A DNA stretch of 64,000 nt, from NCBI GenBank assembly GCA_040954595.2, contig CM082578.2:10547166-10611165 (forward strand). Reading direction: 5' to 3'. A program made the translations under genes and the position numbers. Positions 1-13,320 of this stretch are shown here, piece after piece (positions within the stretch are counted from its first letter, which is position 1; each line of letters begins with the position of its first letter). The notes below the pieces were generated by a model, which saw nothing but the letters and a program-made list of their open reading frames with translations, was not told the origin of the DNA and did no database searches. Origin of the DNA: Balanoglossus misakiensis (lineage: Eukaryota; Animalia; Hemichordata).

Positions 1-1107
1 AGAGAAAACCAGGGGGTGAAAGAGTTAAAGATTGTGCTAAACGTACAATGGTTATAGCTCTCTCTCTTTTTCTGTCAGTTTCATCCAACAGTGCTTGTGT
101 TACCTGTAGGTCGCCAAGCAGACGCCACCCTTTTTTTGTATCGTGGATTGATAGACACAACACACCAAATGTTTTTTCCTTATTTCTGTTTTATTAATGA
201 CTCAGTCCACAGTCCCTCGTGCTCAGTCGCAACATTCTCTCCCTGAGTACAATGATTACTACTCATATTATACATACTTTATGCCTAAGCAATATGGTTA
301 TCACATCAATAAACTGGCATACATAAATAAATAAATACAAATGTATGTACAATCTATATATTAAACTGTCCCTGAGCAACATTTGAAAGAAATCACTACA
401 GGAATACCACTGTAACACCCCCGGACACACACACATACAAATATTAAAGTTGCTATATTGTTTTGTATCTCAAATAGAGTACTGTAATGTTGATAAATTT
501 AAGTACTGTTACATCAAGAGAGTTATTGAATATACACGACAAAAATTCTGTAAAAATATTATAACAATTTACAGATACTGTAGTGATATGCACACTAGAA
601 ACGTATAACTGATCAAAATGAAAAACAATGTCTAGTCAAATCTCTGTTCCAGAGAACAATTTTAAATAGTAAAAAAATGTGTATAAAAATGCATAATATT
701 ACATAAATATGTCGTTCACCAAAGAGAAATAAAATTTAGAATTAGGAGAGTAGCTAGCTAGGTGAGTGGTTTTCTGGACACAGTTACTTTCTACTTTCAC
801 TGGAACTTTTCAACAAAGCAGATGACACAGTCATTTTGAGGTACATGGTGTATGTTTTTGACTTCTGTTAAAATTGTTATTTATCCCTGATAAAAACTAT
901 CAACAGTGTGAAAAACAGCCCTGGTTCTTTACAAAATATATAAATTGTAAATATTCACTGTAAATGGCGATACTGGCCCCGGGCTAAGTATGAGCCATTA
1001 CCAGAAAAATACAGTTTAATAGTACATCTGAATAATTATTTATTATTTATAAATACTTGCAATATCACTCTCGGTAAAAAATGCTCCCTAGGCAGGAAAA
1101 ACGCCCA

Positions 1108-1201
1108 TTAATCCTTTCACCCCCATTTTCCTGTACAGAGGTCCAAATTCACCATAGAAAACAATGGAGTTGGACCAAACCATGGTGGTGAAAAGGGTTA
1201 A
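1108..1201. mobile_element. Small TTAA-flanked MITE (piggyBac-like non-autonomous) downstream of the SLC26 stop codon
   Basis: TTAA at both ends and imperfect terminal inverted repeats (ttaatcctttcacc / ggtgaaaagggttaa). A similar right end occurs at 14-28, and an inverted related core occurs near 7195-7218. Confidence 0.6.
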
Positions 1202-1253
1202 TGATCTGCTAACCGCCCTGAGTTATGAAGGTATACCGTGAAGCCATACGTCT

Positions 1254-4200
1254 CTAGAATGATGTTTCTTGCTCTATACTGTTGACTGGGATTCCGTTCA
1301 CCTCCGGAGATTGGTTGCCATCTTCTACTATGGTATGATGGATGTGTGTTCGGGTCTTGCCGTCTTTGGTTTCTATAAGGACCTGCAACAGAAATGGTAC
1401 ATGATTACAAAACCGGTGAAATTTTACAAGGCTTTTCCAGGAGTATGGTACAATTCATTCGAAATGTCTAACACAGCTGATCACTGCGAAAAGGGTACTG
1501 GCAAATTCCTGCCATAAATTTCAGTGTGAAGTCCTGTTTCTTAAATTTCTCTCAACTGCACACGTACACATGGTCTGATGGAAAGTTTCACTGTTCACAC
1601 CCACATGGAAAGAAACCGTGATTTTTTTTTTTACCTCGTTCAGATCATCTTCCTTGATCGCATACAAGACAGCGTCATGGATTGTGACAAATAAACAGCT
1701 CTGCCCTTCAAGGCTCACTTTCGAATAGAAATTCGAGCGAGAGAAAGTGTCTCGTACACGTCCTGAAATTTAGACAGAGACAGCACAACTGGAGGTGAGT
1801 GTGTGTTGCTTTGATGGACGTGGAAAACGTAAGGGTGCACGCTGCAACAATAACTAGTATATAGCAGTCAATGGTAGAGTGAGTATTAATTTCCAATGAA
1901 AAATGAAAACATTGGTTTTCCAGTGATAGAGTTTCAAATTCCAGGACCAACATGACAAAAAAACAGAGCAGAAATCACTACAATTATGATAAGTCAAAAC
2001 ACACTCAGATGTCCCTGGTCAAAACCTATTTGCTTGCCCCTTGTCAAAACACATTCACACTTATTATTAACACGATGCTGACTACTAAACCATCCTTACT
2101 TTTAGCCTGCACCATCAGTATCTTCACGCCAATCTTCCTGTAAGAATTGAATATCTCCACCAACCCACTCAAGCCGCTGGAATCCACGAAATTGAAAGTG
2201 CCACAGTCGATGATGATCGTGTGGATGTCCCCTCCGTCGGCCCCGCTTCCTCTATCCACATCATCAATCCCAATATCATCATCATCGTCGTCATCACTAC
2301 CTAAAATATAGCGCGGACTTTGTGGCGGAGTCAGAGTTCGAGCGTCGTCGCCGTCCTCATCCACCATTTCGGAGAAAGTGTGATCGTGAGTCCAGTCATC
2401 GCTGACTATGAGCGACACCGGAGTGCACAGCTTGACAGAACTGTTCCTCTTGAGCGGCGGACTGGTGGGGATCTCCTGTGTTGGGAGACAAATTCATCAA
2501 CCATATTGTAAGCACTGCGGTACAGAACATCAAGTTCTAACGTGACATTTCTCCCGGCCCCGTCGGGAAAAGTCACGCTTCGTACGAACACTACTCCATA
2601 TTGTCACTCACACTTTCTTTGAATATTCTTGGCAAGGTTTACAACAGTTTTCACTTCAAAGGCGCAAACGGTTAAAACACTTCACCGGAAAGAGACCTAC
2701 AATTATGCATCAATTGGACAAATTTAGCTGTTACCTGTTCAGGAGTCTCTTCCGGGCGTCTGTCTGCATCATCCGGTACTTTCATTTCTTTCTTTCTCTT
2801 TTTGTCGGCTGCTTCCCTCAGGAGTTCAAATCTGGCTCTGGCCTGCAGAACCTTTCTGGGGTTAATCTTGGTCAGTTTGTACATCCACTTCTTAAAATGG
2901 TTTGTATTGGCATAATAGAGTGAAGACATCATACGGAATATCTTTATTCCTGGGACCTCTTTAGCCTGGAAGAAGAAAAAAGAATTAACATGGATTGTGT
3001 TATCTATCGAATGGGATGATTCTTCGGTAGATGCTGAAATAACTGGCTGAAACAGATGCAACATGTTTATTTTCATCAAGCAGAAAGTTGGGGAAATAAC
3101 AGCACTGCAATACAATAACAATCAGAAATTAAAGCTGCAAGCAGCGTTGGCGGGGCACAAGCGGTTCCCATGGTAACCAGCAAATGCCAAGGATGTATCT
3201 GCTGTGGATACCAAGATACGGGAAAGTAGGGCAAAGGTCACCTGAGGTCACCCCAAATTTGGGCAAAAAAATCGGACCCCATACTAGTCTAGGTCCAACA
3301 AAAACCAGACCCCTAGCTCTATTGGTTCGCCTAGAATTAGGTATGTGCATAATTAATGAGGTCTTGTGTAAGACTCCATTATGTGCTCCACTGGCTGCCC
3401 AAAAGCCAGGACTCTAACTGCTGCGGATGCTGAGATATGGGAAAGTAGATCAAAGGTCATCCAAGGTCATCCAAAATTTGGGTATAAAATTTTGAGCCCA
3501 GAGTGGGCCATGTCCAACTAAAACCAGACCTCTAGCCCTATTGGTTAGCCTGGAATTAGATATGCAGAAAAATGATGTTTCAGAAATAGGTCAAGGGTCA
3601 TTGCCAAAATTACCAAAATATTTGTGTCATGTCCTGGCAGTATTGGTACCCATGTCCACAAAATTCATGACTGTGGTGCTTTGACAAGAGGAGGTATGGG
3701 GAATATGCATATATAATTAGTTGTTTTAAAACTGGGTCAAAGGTCATGTGAAAATTGCCCCGAAAAATTGTGACAACTTCCGGTCATATGATGACTCATA
3801 TCCAAAAAAAGAATTTCCGTGCTGTAAACATTTTGGCTACAAAACGGAATTTTCACTTTTCAATGGTTTTCCGAAAATCCAAAATGGCCGCCATAATGAT
3901 CGACCAATCACAGTGCGCTTCGCAAACTTGATAGACATAGGTTAGGTGACCACATCCCCCGAATCCCGTGACTCGGCAATCTCTGGTTCTGGAGAAGAAG
4001 ATTTTTAAAGTTTTAAGCAGTTTTTCAGAAAAACAATTGTAGCAAAAAAACTTTATGTGTGACGTCATGATTTCAATGGGGTAAAATGATGGACAGAAGA
4101 TAGGCTACCTGCACACCAAATTTAAACTCGATCGGCCCAGTGGTTTTTGAGAAGGACTCGTTTAACGATTTTCAGGAAATCCAATATGGCCGTCAGGTCA

Positions 4201-7200
4201 CGTGACTAATTAAATATTCACGAGCCACTGCACGTCTACTCATTGGCCCCTATCACCCTACCAAGTTTCAGGCCCCTAGGTGCTGCCGTTTTCCAGATCT
4301 ACCTGGCCGAATTTTGGAGAAGAAGAAGAAGAAGAATAAGAAGAAATATTCCAACAATACCAATAGGGGCACAAGCCCGATAGGCTTGTGCCCCTAATGA
4401 AGAGATGATCACACCAGGCTATGGTGTCCCTCTTCAGTAACGATCTTAAAGGACTCCTTTTTCCACGGAAGGTTTTTTGTACGCAACTCACTCACCGTTG
4501 TGTAGTACTGCACATCTCTGTAGATATCAGTTCCTGGTATTCGTCCCAGAAGAGAGCAGTAGGGTTCCTGGGTCCTCCACACGACCACGAAGATGGAGAA
4601 GCCCACGCCAATCATCAGACCAATGTCAACATCGAACAGAAACACTCCCAGGCAAGTTACCCACCACAGATTCTGCAAATGAACAGGTGATAAGTGGGAG
4701 ATCAAAACGAAGGACAAAGTGATTGTTTCTACTTCAGGTGCTACGTATTCAGGGTTCTGATGCCATATGCGATCAATCATGATTCATGTTGCTCAGTTGT
4801 AACAATTAAACAAATACAGGCTATTTTTATTTTACTTACGAAATCTATGACATCATATTTCCAGAGCTTTGGCAGATCAGTGAACTGTCTGAACATTCCC
4901 TTGAGAGAAACCACGATTATGGCAGCCAACGCAGCCTGTAAAAAAGTCACAGTGTTCAATTAATACTTCGTATCAGATCAATTTGAATGAAAGTTGTGAC
5001 CTGTCAAACAGCAAGTTTGTTTAAATAAAAATGCTCTTCAGCTAAATTTATATAAATTCATTTATATACCTGAAGGATATTCACAGCTGAATACTGAAAG
5101 TGTGTCTTACCTTAGGGAGAGATTCAAAAAGAGGAGCTAAGACCAGCAATACCACCAAAATCAATCCGCTGTTTACTAGTCCTGCGATCTATTCACAAAA
5201 AACATGAATACTTAGTTCGAATGATCTTAAACGTATATACTGAACAAGCAAGCTTTTTCGAACCATGGTGTCACACACGCACATACATTCTATTTCATGG
5301 CAAGTAAATGTACATGCAGCTTACTTACCTGAGAGGTGCCGCCACTGCTTTCCTGTACAAGACTACGAGACAGAGAGCAGCCGGACGGAAAGCAGGAAAA
5401 GAATGAACAGAATGTGTTTGTGCATCCGTACGCAACCAGTTCCTGAAAACAATCCAATGGAAATATGTGTAATAACAGAGTACGTATGCCAGGCTCCAGC
5501 AGGTTAGAACATATATCTGAATGTCGTCAAGATGTGAAAGTGATAGTGAGAATACCAAATTTGCTGACAGAGTCCAAGTGGTGAATGTGAAAGGGTTGTG
5601 TTCTGGCGTCCCTGCAAGTGACAGTGTTGCATTGTTAACTCACCTGATTAGCATCAACTCTGTAGCTGTTTTTCTGTCCGAACAGCGAGGCCAAAGACAC
5701 GGATACGGCAAATGCCACAATGCCTATTGCTAGGGCGTCGGTGATCAGCGACCCCATGTAGGTTGTTGAGGGTATTGTTGGTGTTGGTACTCTGTCGGTG
5801 TTCAAAGTAAAAAACACAGGAAATGCATCATTAACACAAGCGCGGTGTTTCTCTTTCTCTTTTGACATCGCGAAAATTTCATGTCGCGAAAATAACCTGT
5901 TTTACAGTATCTCGCACAGTCAAAAGATCCAAACCAACCCTGAGCATTCCTACCCTTGAGAAAAGCACTTTACTTTTTATCGCTTTTGGTAGGAACCCAT
6001 AAACGTAGGCTCTGTCCGCCCCACGGGATGATGGAATAAAGACAATCTACATGCTCTGCTGGAATCCAAACAAACACTATCACACTTACCCTGTTGGAAT
6101 GTCACCGATCACCTCAACACCGTAATCATCCAAGCCTATCAGGTGTGATGCTAACGTCGCCAGAATTACCTGACCAAATAAAATATGCGTATAAAACAAC
6201 AGATCCTTTTGTCTGCAGCATGCAGCTCACTCACTAGTTATGAGAAAGAAAAGTTCAGATGCAACGTTCACCTCTCCTGTCAAGGATGGTTTGTCTTAAT
6301 ATTCCGAGTCTATATAACAGTACAGTCGTACTGACACACTGTAAAAGTTTATCAGTGACCACTGACTTTTGCATCCAAAACAAAACAACTTTACCATCTA
6401 AAAATATATATGTTGTTTTTTGGGGGAGTATATGCAACTGCACAGAATTTGATCGACATATTGGCAAGTTTATGCAAATACGGAGGTACTCATATTTCAA
6501 GCACGCGGATGCTTACCACCATCATTTCCGATCCCAGAGGATATCCTCTCAGCTGTTTCTTGAATCTCCGCTCAACTTCTTTGATGACAATCAAAAGCAC
6601 CACACAGCTGACTGACAACAGAACAGTGATGTAATTGGTATGTGTGATATTCATCACAATGTCACGGTACACCTGTTAAAAAGAGATGTTGGATCGAAGA
6701 TGAGTTGCTGGAATGTCAACTAAAAATTTGGTGATGAGTGGATTTTATTTTGCAAATGTATGTATGTATGTATATCTATGGTCAAGAAAATACAATTCAG
6801 CAATGTTCCCACAGTTTGATCTAACTTTACAGTTTTAACTGTGGGGATTGGATCCATATACATTTTGACAAGAAACGGGTGAAAGATTTAAATTACTACT
6901 TACATAGATCAGTTTGAAAGGGCCACTGTACCTGGGGATGTCTAGTCCCAGCAGGTCATCCAGCTGACTGGAGAAGACCAGGAGTGCAGCCCCAGTGGTA
7001 TAACCTCTGATGAATGGGTCCGACAAATAGATGGTGATCCAGCCGAGACGGAGAAAACCCATCAACATCTGGAAAATGTTGGACGAATATCTTATGTGGC
7101 ACCAGTTTAAAGATTACAATTAGCGTCTTTACAATGGGAGCATTATCAGACCACTGTGAAAGTTTCACTCGACTTGAGTTTCACCACCACTGCTTTCTAT

Positions 7201-8832
7201 GGTAAAGTTGGACCTCTACTGAGCCCCTAACAACTTCTGTTCATGGATTCAGTGAAAATGCAGCAGAGCCAATCAGAAAGGGGCTCTCATGATGGCAATA
7301 ATAGTAAATGTTTTAATGAAGACACTTTGTGAAATGATCAGTGATTGGCTAATAATGTGTGTCTACATGTATGTGTGTGAGTGTGTGTAATTCTCTCACC
7401 TGGAACAATCCCGCAAGAAACGCCAAGGAAACAGCAGCCAATATCAGCTCTTCCTCCCTGTTCCATGTATCTGTGGCATCGGTCGTGTTCACTGATGTTT
7501 GATTGGCAACACCAGCTGGGACGGGACCTACGCCGGGCCCTTGGTGGGGCACCACTTTCTCAATGGCCGAACTCACCATCATGGCGATAACAGCAAACGT
7601 GCCTTCAAAAGTCAAATACGCAGAAATGTCAGATATTGATTTCGTTGCGCCCATCAATAAAGGGCAGGGTAGGCTCATCTCATGTCTTCACAACATATAA
7701 CAGATTACAATCACATTAAACAATGTCCTGAAAAGACAGATGGCTACCGCCGCAGACAAACCTCTATAACACAAAGCCTGGGCCACTCAACAGTTTTCGG
7801 CTGAATGCTGCAGATTGTAAATGATCCATTCACTGGACCACGTTTTCTAGGAACTGTGATTGGACCTGTTTAGCTACTCACCCATGGCAAGCTCTCTGGA
7901 TGTCCCCGTAAGGGCATAAACTATGGGTGTGAAGAAGGACAGGTATAGGCCATACACAGCCGGCACAGACGCCAATAATGCATAGGCCATGCCTACAGGT
8001 AGAATGAAAATTATGTAGAAAAGGTGAGAGGAATTTTCAAATTATTAGGAATATTCAAATTGATAAAGTTTTGCATTTTAACAGCCCTATTGCACAGGCT
8101 ACACTAAGAAGACATAGTGGCCTCCATTCATACTTTTTCAAAACAATAGCAAATCATTAGCATAACAATTATGTAGATTGCCATGCAAATTAGCCACATG
8201 GGAAAACACTGGGCTTATTCTAGCCAAAGTCAAACAGCTATGCATGAAACATGCGCAGTCACATTGACACAGGAAAAGGAGACTAATGGCACAGTCCTCT
8301 TAATGGATGTAGCTACCTGAGATTTAAGGCAACACACAATGTCCTAACACTTCTCACCTTGAGGTATGTTCATAACACACACAGTTACCCCTGAGATGAC
8401 GTCGCCCAGCAACTGCTTCCTAATTCTGTACTTTGGCAGCCATTTTGTGATGGGGAACGTTCTCTTTATGCAGCTCGTGCAGCAATGTCTACTGCAAGTG
8501 CATCTGCTGAGTTTCCTCTTCAATCTCTGGCTGTAAGGGACGTACTCGTGCGGCGACTCTTTGTAAAGCGCCTGGAAAGACTGCTGTGTGTAGATGGGTC
8601 TCTGTACTCGGAAACTCTTGAACCGTTTCCCGCCATCGTCACTCCCACTCTCCTTGTCTCCCTCGGGGGAGTCACTGACGTCTTTTATCTCTATGGGTAC
8701 AGGAATGTGCACATCCCCTTCATCCCGGTCTGACTTGCTTTCTCCCTGCGACTTGATGGCTCTGCTCTTGCCAGCGTGACTGGAGTCCTCATCATCCTGT
8801 GTGCTTGAGCTGCCCTCTTTTGAGGTCATCAT
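1254..8832 (-). CDS. SLC26 family anion transporter, prestin/SLC26A5-A6-like, 15 coding exons
   Basis: Spliced by eye from GT-AG exons at about 8832-8358, 7992-7882, 7602-7400, 7068-6904, 6672-6517, 6169-6090, 5791-5644, 5442-5329, 5188-5111, 4936-4839, 4675-4495, 2965-2734, 2476-2100, 1762-1634 and 1382-1254. SLC26 motifs: [55 protein letters not shown] and CSLSRSLVQE (prestin-like). The STAS domain (IIIDCGTFNFVDSSG, LFVTIHDAV) has an acidic intervening sequence. The protein ends in ETSF*. Confidence 0.93.
3127..4397 (-). mobile_element. Non-autonomous Helentron/Helitron2-type element (DINE-1/HINE-like) in an SLC26 intron
   Basis: One end has a stem-loop taggggcacaagcc-cgata-ggcttgtgccccta (4364-4396). 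The other end has a subterminal copy ggggcacaagc (3152-3162) next to a short hairpin gctgc-aa-gcagc (3134-3145). There is an internal (GAA)n tract, an internal ~240-bp diverged tandem duplication and no coding capacity. Confidence 0.72.
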
Positions 8833-9435
8833 TTGACCTTTCCAAAAATGCCAGTCTCCTTCTTGACCCTTCAGTCCTATTAGACTTCTTGTATGACCGA
8901 TCACAGACAGATAAGTTAATTTTCCACCAATCCTCTTCAAACAATAAATATCTAAAGAAAGAAAGAAAGAAAAAATGAGCTTGTTTCAGACTCAAAACAA
9001 TAACACTCAATGATGTCTATTTCTACTACTACTGCTACTAGTGGTAATGATAATAATTTTTCAAGAGTTTTATTAATTTCACACCAACTACCAATCCACC
9101 AATTGGAGATGGTCTGGAAAATTGATGAGATGGCATTATTTTTTTTATTTGGGGGGGGGGGGGGGGAGGGGGGCAACTGCTTTCGCATTCTAGAGCCCTC
9201 TTTGGGGGATCTTTATTTCTAACTACATATTGACTTGTGCTATTTTTACATGAGCATGACTATTTCTGGTTCTGTGAATCAGTTTCCTTTGCATATACAT
9301 GTAATTGTGTATATATATATATTTTTTCTTTCATATTTCTGATGTAACTTCGGTGACTTAAAATACGTGAAAAGATGTGGCACAATATACTGAAAACACT
9401 TTTGAATCTGGACACGTTCCAAGCCATATACTAAC

Positions 9436-9535
9436 AAATGTGGCGTAATCCAGATTTAACCGGCTGTCCATCTCAATGTCATCTGAACGCGTCATGGCCA
9501 CGTCAAGGTGACTGAATTTGCTGGCACCGGAAGTA
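9436..9535 (-). promoter_or_regulatory. Putative SLC26 first exon and promoter
   Basis: GTTAGT donor at 9435, ETS-type CCGGAAGT motif near 9527-9534, and a locally CpG-richer stretch upstream of exon 2. Confidence 0.45.
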
Positions 9536-11136
9536 ACTACGTTGATTCTCTGACCAAACAGTGATCTATAACCAACACAATTTCTGAATTTTAGTCCCAC
9601 TGAGATAGCAATGACGTTCTGCTTTTCTGAGGACGTACTACTGGGACGAACTGGCGATGGATTACGTTCGGAAAAAAGTGGAAAGATCTGCGCCACTGTC
9701 AGTGTCACACGATCCTTGTAATCTTGCATACGCTTCGCCCGAAGGTTCAATGCCTGTTCCACTGCACTGTTTGTAGGGCAATTGCAGAATGCACGATATT
9801 ACTTGAAAACAAGAACATCATATCACGGCCACGTTTTCCCTGAAACACTGTCCTCGGGAATCAGAAAGAATATATAAATGGCTATGCATACTTTGTCATT
9901 CAAGAAGAGACGTTGTTTTGAACAGTGACTGTGTTTTAGAAAGTGAGCGTGCACTTCGTTTGCCGCCTTGAGCAAGAGATACATAACACATGATGATGTG
10001 TAGTTTCGGAATTTATGTCGAGCATAACATTTCGAATACAACATCTGTAATATTAACAAGTTCTTGAGAGCATAAAACCAACTTACACTATGGCGTTAGC
10101 TTTGTCAGTCCACTTCACGGGCGATTAACTCGTCACTGAAAATTGCTGTCTGCTACTGCACTCCTGTTCGTCTGCTGAGTGACACGAACCGATGAGGACA
10201 CCGATCGTTGTTTATGTTATGGCGCCCTCTCTCGTGAGCTATTTACTGCTTTCGGTCTACATCCACGCGGATAAGAACCTCGCTCTGATTGACAGCAGAC
10301 CCTCCAGTTTGCATACGGAATAACATAGAATTCGCTCAATGGTAGGACCACGCAACTGTTTGGCTTACAAGAGGAAAAACTTTATAACTGATCGGATAAG
10401 AAGTTCGTTACATCTACACACGTTAATCTATTACCAACCTCCCTGGACACATATTGGTGGCCCCTCTCTTTCATCATCCAATATTGGAAAGTTGATTAGC
10501 TCGACCAACAATCTCCCTAATCTGCCTGAAATAAACAGCATCATTGAACAAAGCTTGGAATGGCCTAGCAAAGATGACTCGACCTTTGAGGTGTTGACAA
10601 CATGAAATGCATTAGGTCGACGGATGAAAATTGTTTTTGCTGAGACCTGAAATGCAAGCGATTATACATCTATGTATCATTCGAACCTGTAATAAACTTC
10701 AGGTACAGATCTATAGGTACGCAAATAGAGCAATTTATGTTAGGGCATTATGCGGTTCTTGGTGACTGCAGGTTGCCCGTGGGAAAGGTGTTTAGGTCAA
10801 CGTATGTATTAAAGATCCATTGTCCGTTTTACAATTGGGTAGAATACCGAGGGGTTACGATGCCACTTGCCTCTGCACAGTGATCAAGGAAGCTTCCCAT
10901 CGTCGTTACGCACGCATTGGCACACCTTGTTCATCAACAAAGTCTACTCCGTTTATTGAAGTTTGTCTACCGGGTTTGCATACCAGCTGCCTGAGGAATC
11001 ATTTAATACGCCACTGAAGTTGCCGTGAACAACCTCAAAGGAACGTTTGTTCGTGCGTCTGTGTATAAACCCTACAGCTGGTGGTGTTCGGTTTAATTGT
11101 GCTAGGTGAGAGATTGATTGAAATGTTGTACTGTAA

Positions 11137-11201
11137 TTTCACTTTCCAGTTGAAGACATAGCCTGTCACATTTAGCCTTAATCAGTCCTTAGAAAGTGAA
11201 A
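11137..11201. promoter_or_regulatory. Pair of IRF-element-like GAAAGTGAAA motifs in the 5' UTR intron of LRR-Ig gene 1
   Basis: tttcactttc at 11137-11146 and gaaagtgaaa at 11192-11201. Both are also present in copy 2. Confidence 0.45.
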
Positions 11202-11322
11202 CATTTCTTACTGCAGCCATTTCGACGTTATTTTCTTAACCGTTCATAATGTCGTTTTATATATTTGTTTCCTAACACAGATATCTCCCTATACACGGCC
11301 ATCTTTCTTTGCACCGAATGCC

Positions 11323-12975
11323 ATGGCTTGGATTAAATGGAAGTCTGCTCTGGCACTGTTTATTTTCTGTACGGCGATCTATGAAACGAGAGGCTGTCCA
11401 GCTGAATGCACCTGCAGTCATTATAGTGTCTATTGTAGTTCTAGATCTTTGACAGACATACCGTCAGACATTCCGTACGACGCTCGTCACTTGTACCTCA
11501 ACTACAACAACATAACAGCAGTTCCACCTCGAGCGTTCAGTTCACTGTCACATTTGTATCGATTGAACCTCAACGACAATTCGATTTCGTCCATTTCGCA
11601 CGAAGCGTTCCTTGGACTGACCAGTCTAATTTATTTACACCTCGACAACAACAGGCTGCACCGACCGCCGAACATTGATGCTCTTAATAGTCTGCGTACA
11701 TTATCACTTTCTCATAACTACATTAACAGTTTTCCTAGCAACTACTTCAGTACATTAACTGATAGTGCCGGTAGAGTTCCTATTGAAACACTGGATCTCG
11801 GTTTTAACAACCTCAGCACGATTCCAAAATTTCATTCTGGTTTCCAGAATGAAAGTTACGCCAAGTCTCGGATGAAGAGAGATATTACAACCGATGAAGT
11901 TGTAATCGTATTTAGCGAAAATCCCATTCGCTTAATCGGCCCGGATGCGTTCAGCTGGACAGCTGCCACTAATGAATTTAGTAGTGCTGGTAATGAATTA
12001 ATTTTACATCTTTCAGACATGGGTCTTGAGTTTGTTGATGATAGGGCTTTCAGGGGGTTAGATGCATTCGAATATTATACCATTTATCTCCAAAGAAATC
12101 GGCTATATACGTTAACAGAATCGGTTTTTTCTGCTATATTATTTAATCGGACTACATATCCCCGTTGGATAGACGTCACCTTTCACCTCGGCGACAATCC
12201 GTGGGTATGTGACTGCCGCCTCAAACCACTGCGTCAATTCTTCGAACAAATCCGTTCAGTCTCCTTTGATGACTTGTTTTGCCAAATGCCACTGCAGTAC
12301 GCTGGTGTTGAGTTCAGGGCCATGTCAGTTGAAAATCTGAAATGCAGCCTTGAGTTTTTTGAGAACGTTATTTGGACTGATGAAGCAGAAGGTGATGCGA
12401 TTGAACTGGAATGTAACGTTACCGGAATACCAGAACCATCAGTGTATTGGATAAATCCAAACGGAGAGATACTTAACACAAGTATCGCGACCAACACCAC
12501 AGACCAGTCCGAAGTTGCAATACTCTCTCACCAAGGCAACCTTCTGATAATGTCGGCGCAAACGAAACATTCTGGAACATATGTGTGCATCGCTACTAAC
12601 CTGGGGGGCACCGCAGTTGCGGTGACCTTCTTAAACGTTGAGTCCAAGTTCGCACTGCCGACAGCATACAGCAGCACGGATAGCATCGCCATCACCCCCG
12701 TCGTCAGCTCCAGATCTAACCAAGCATTTGTGGGAATAGTGACTGGGGCCTTCCTCGGTGGTGTAGTGTTCTCTGCAGGTTTGGTGGCGGTAATCATGGT
12801 TGTTGCCAAAAGAATGAAACTCGGCAGCGAGACCATGCAAGACAATCAAGCAGAGGGGAAGATGAGATTCAGTGACTTGAAAGAACTCTCTGGGAAGAAA
12901 GACGACAGCCAGGATGCAGGTGACAGTAGAACTGATGGGAACGTAAATGAAGTCGCCGACATAACAGTCACTTGA
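11323..12975 (+). CDS. LRR-Ig single-pass membrane receptor (signal peptide-LRRNT-LRRs-LRRCT-Ig-TM), short paralog, 550 aa
   Basis: Single-exon ORF with a signal peptide, LRRNT CPAECTC...VYC, LRRs, LRRCT NPWVCDC, an I-set Ig domain (LECNVTGIPEPSVYW...SGTYVCIATN), TM AFVGIVTGAFLGGVVFSAGLVAVIMVVA and a short tail. A 5' UTR intron acceptor lies at 11280. Confidence 0.93.
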   Translation: MAWIKWKSALALFIFCTAIYETRGCPAECTCSHYSVYCSSRSLTDIPSDIPYDARHLYLNYNNITAVPPRAFSSLSHLYRLNLNDNSISSISHEAFLGLTSLIYLHLDNNRLHRPPNIDALNSLRTLSLSHNYINSFPSNYFSTLTDSAGRVPIETLDLGFNNLSTIPKFHSGFQNESYAKSRMKRDITTDEVVIVFSENPIRLIGPDAFSWTAATNEFSSAGNELILHLSDMGLEFVDDRAFRGLDAFEYYTIYLQRNRLYTLTESVFSAILFNRTTYPRWIDVTFHLGDNPWVCDCRLKPLRQFFEQIRSVSFDDLFCQMPLQYAGVEFRAMSVENLKCSLEFFENVIWTDEAEGDAIELECNVTGIPEPSVYWINPNGEILNTSIATNTTDQSEVAILSHQGNLLIMSAQTKHSGTYVCIATNLGGTAVAVTFLNVESKFALPTAYSSTDSIAITPVVSSRSNQAFVGIVTGAFLGGVVFSAGLVAVIMVVAKRMKLGSETMQDNQAEGKMRFSDLKELSGKKDDSQDAGDSRTDGNVNEVADITVT

Positions 12976-13281
12976 CACGCAGGATGACCCATATATTTGG
13001 CTGGAAGAGACAGGTCATAGTTTTGTATATTCGTGAATTTACAATACTCAATGTATTCAGCACGTTCGCCTTAAGTATATATTTAGCAGAAATATCATTT
13101 ATGAATTTCCACCGCTTTTATGACCATTGGTCATATCATAATACGCACTCGACTTTTCGAATTCTATGCCTTCCTTCCTTCTGATTCCAATGTTTTCTAA
13201 ATATGATGGTTCAGCGACGGCATTGACAGTTACTTGTTAATCTACAAAATGAATGCATATATTCTCAACTAAAAAAAAACT

Positions 13282-13282
<1 letters not shown>

Positions 13283-13320
<38 letters not shown>

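Larger units (their letters stand above)
10329..13110 (+). repeat. Tandem segmental duplication unit 1 (upstream region plus LRR-Ig gene)
   Basis: Nearly identical to 14867-18340, starting at ttcgctcaatggtaggacca and running through the CDS into the proximal 3' flank. Confidence 0.9.

Noticed and set aside
2406-2591. Apparent frameshift in the SLC26 STAS region
   Set aside because: The acceptor at ~2477 gives a continuous frame.
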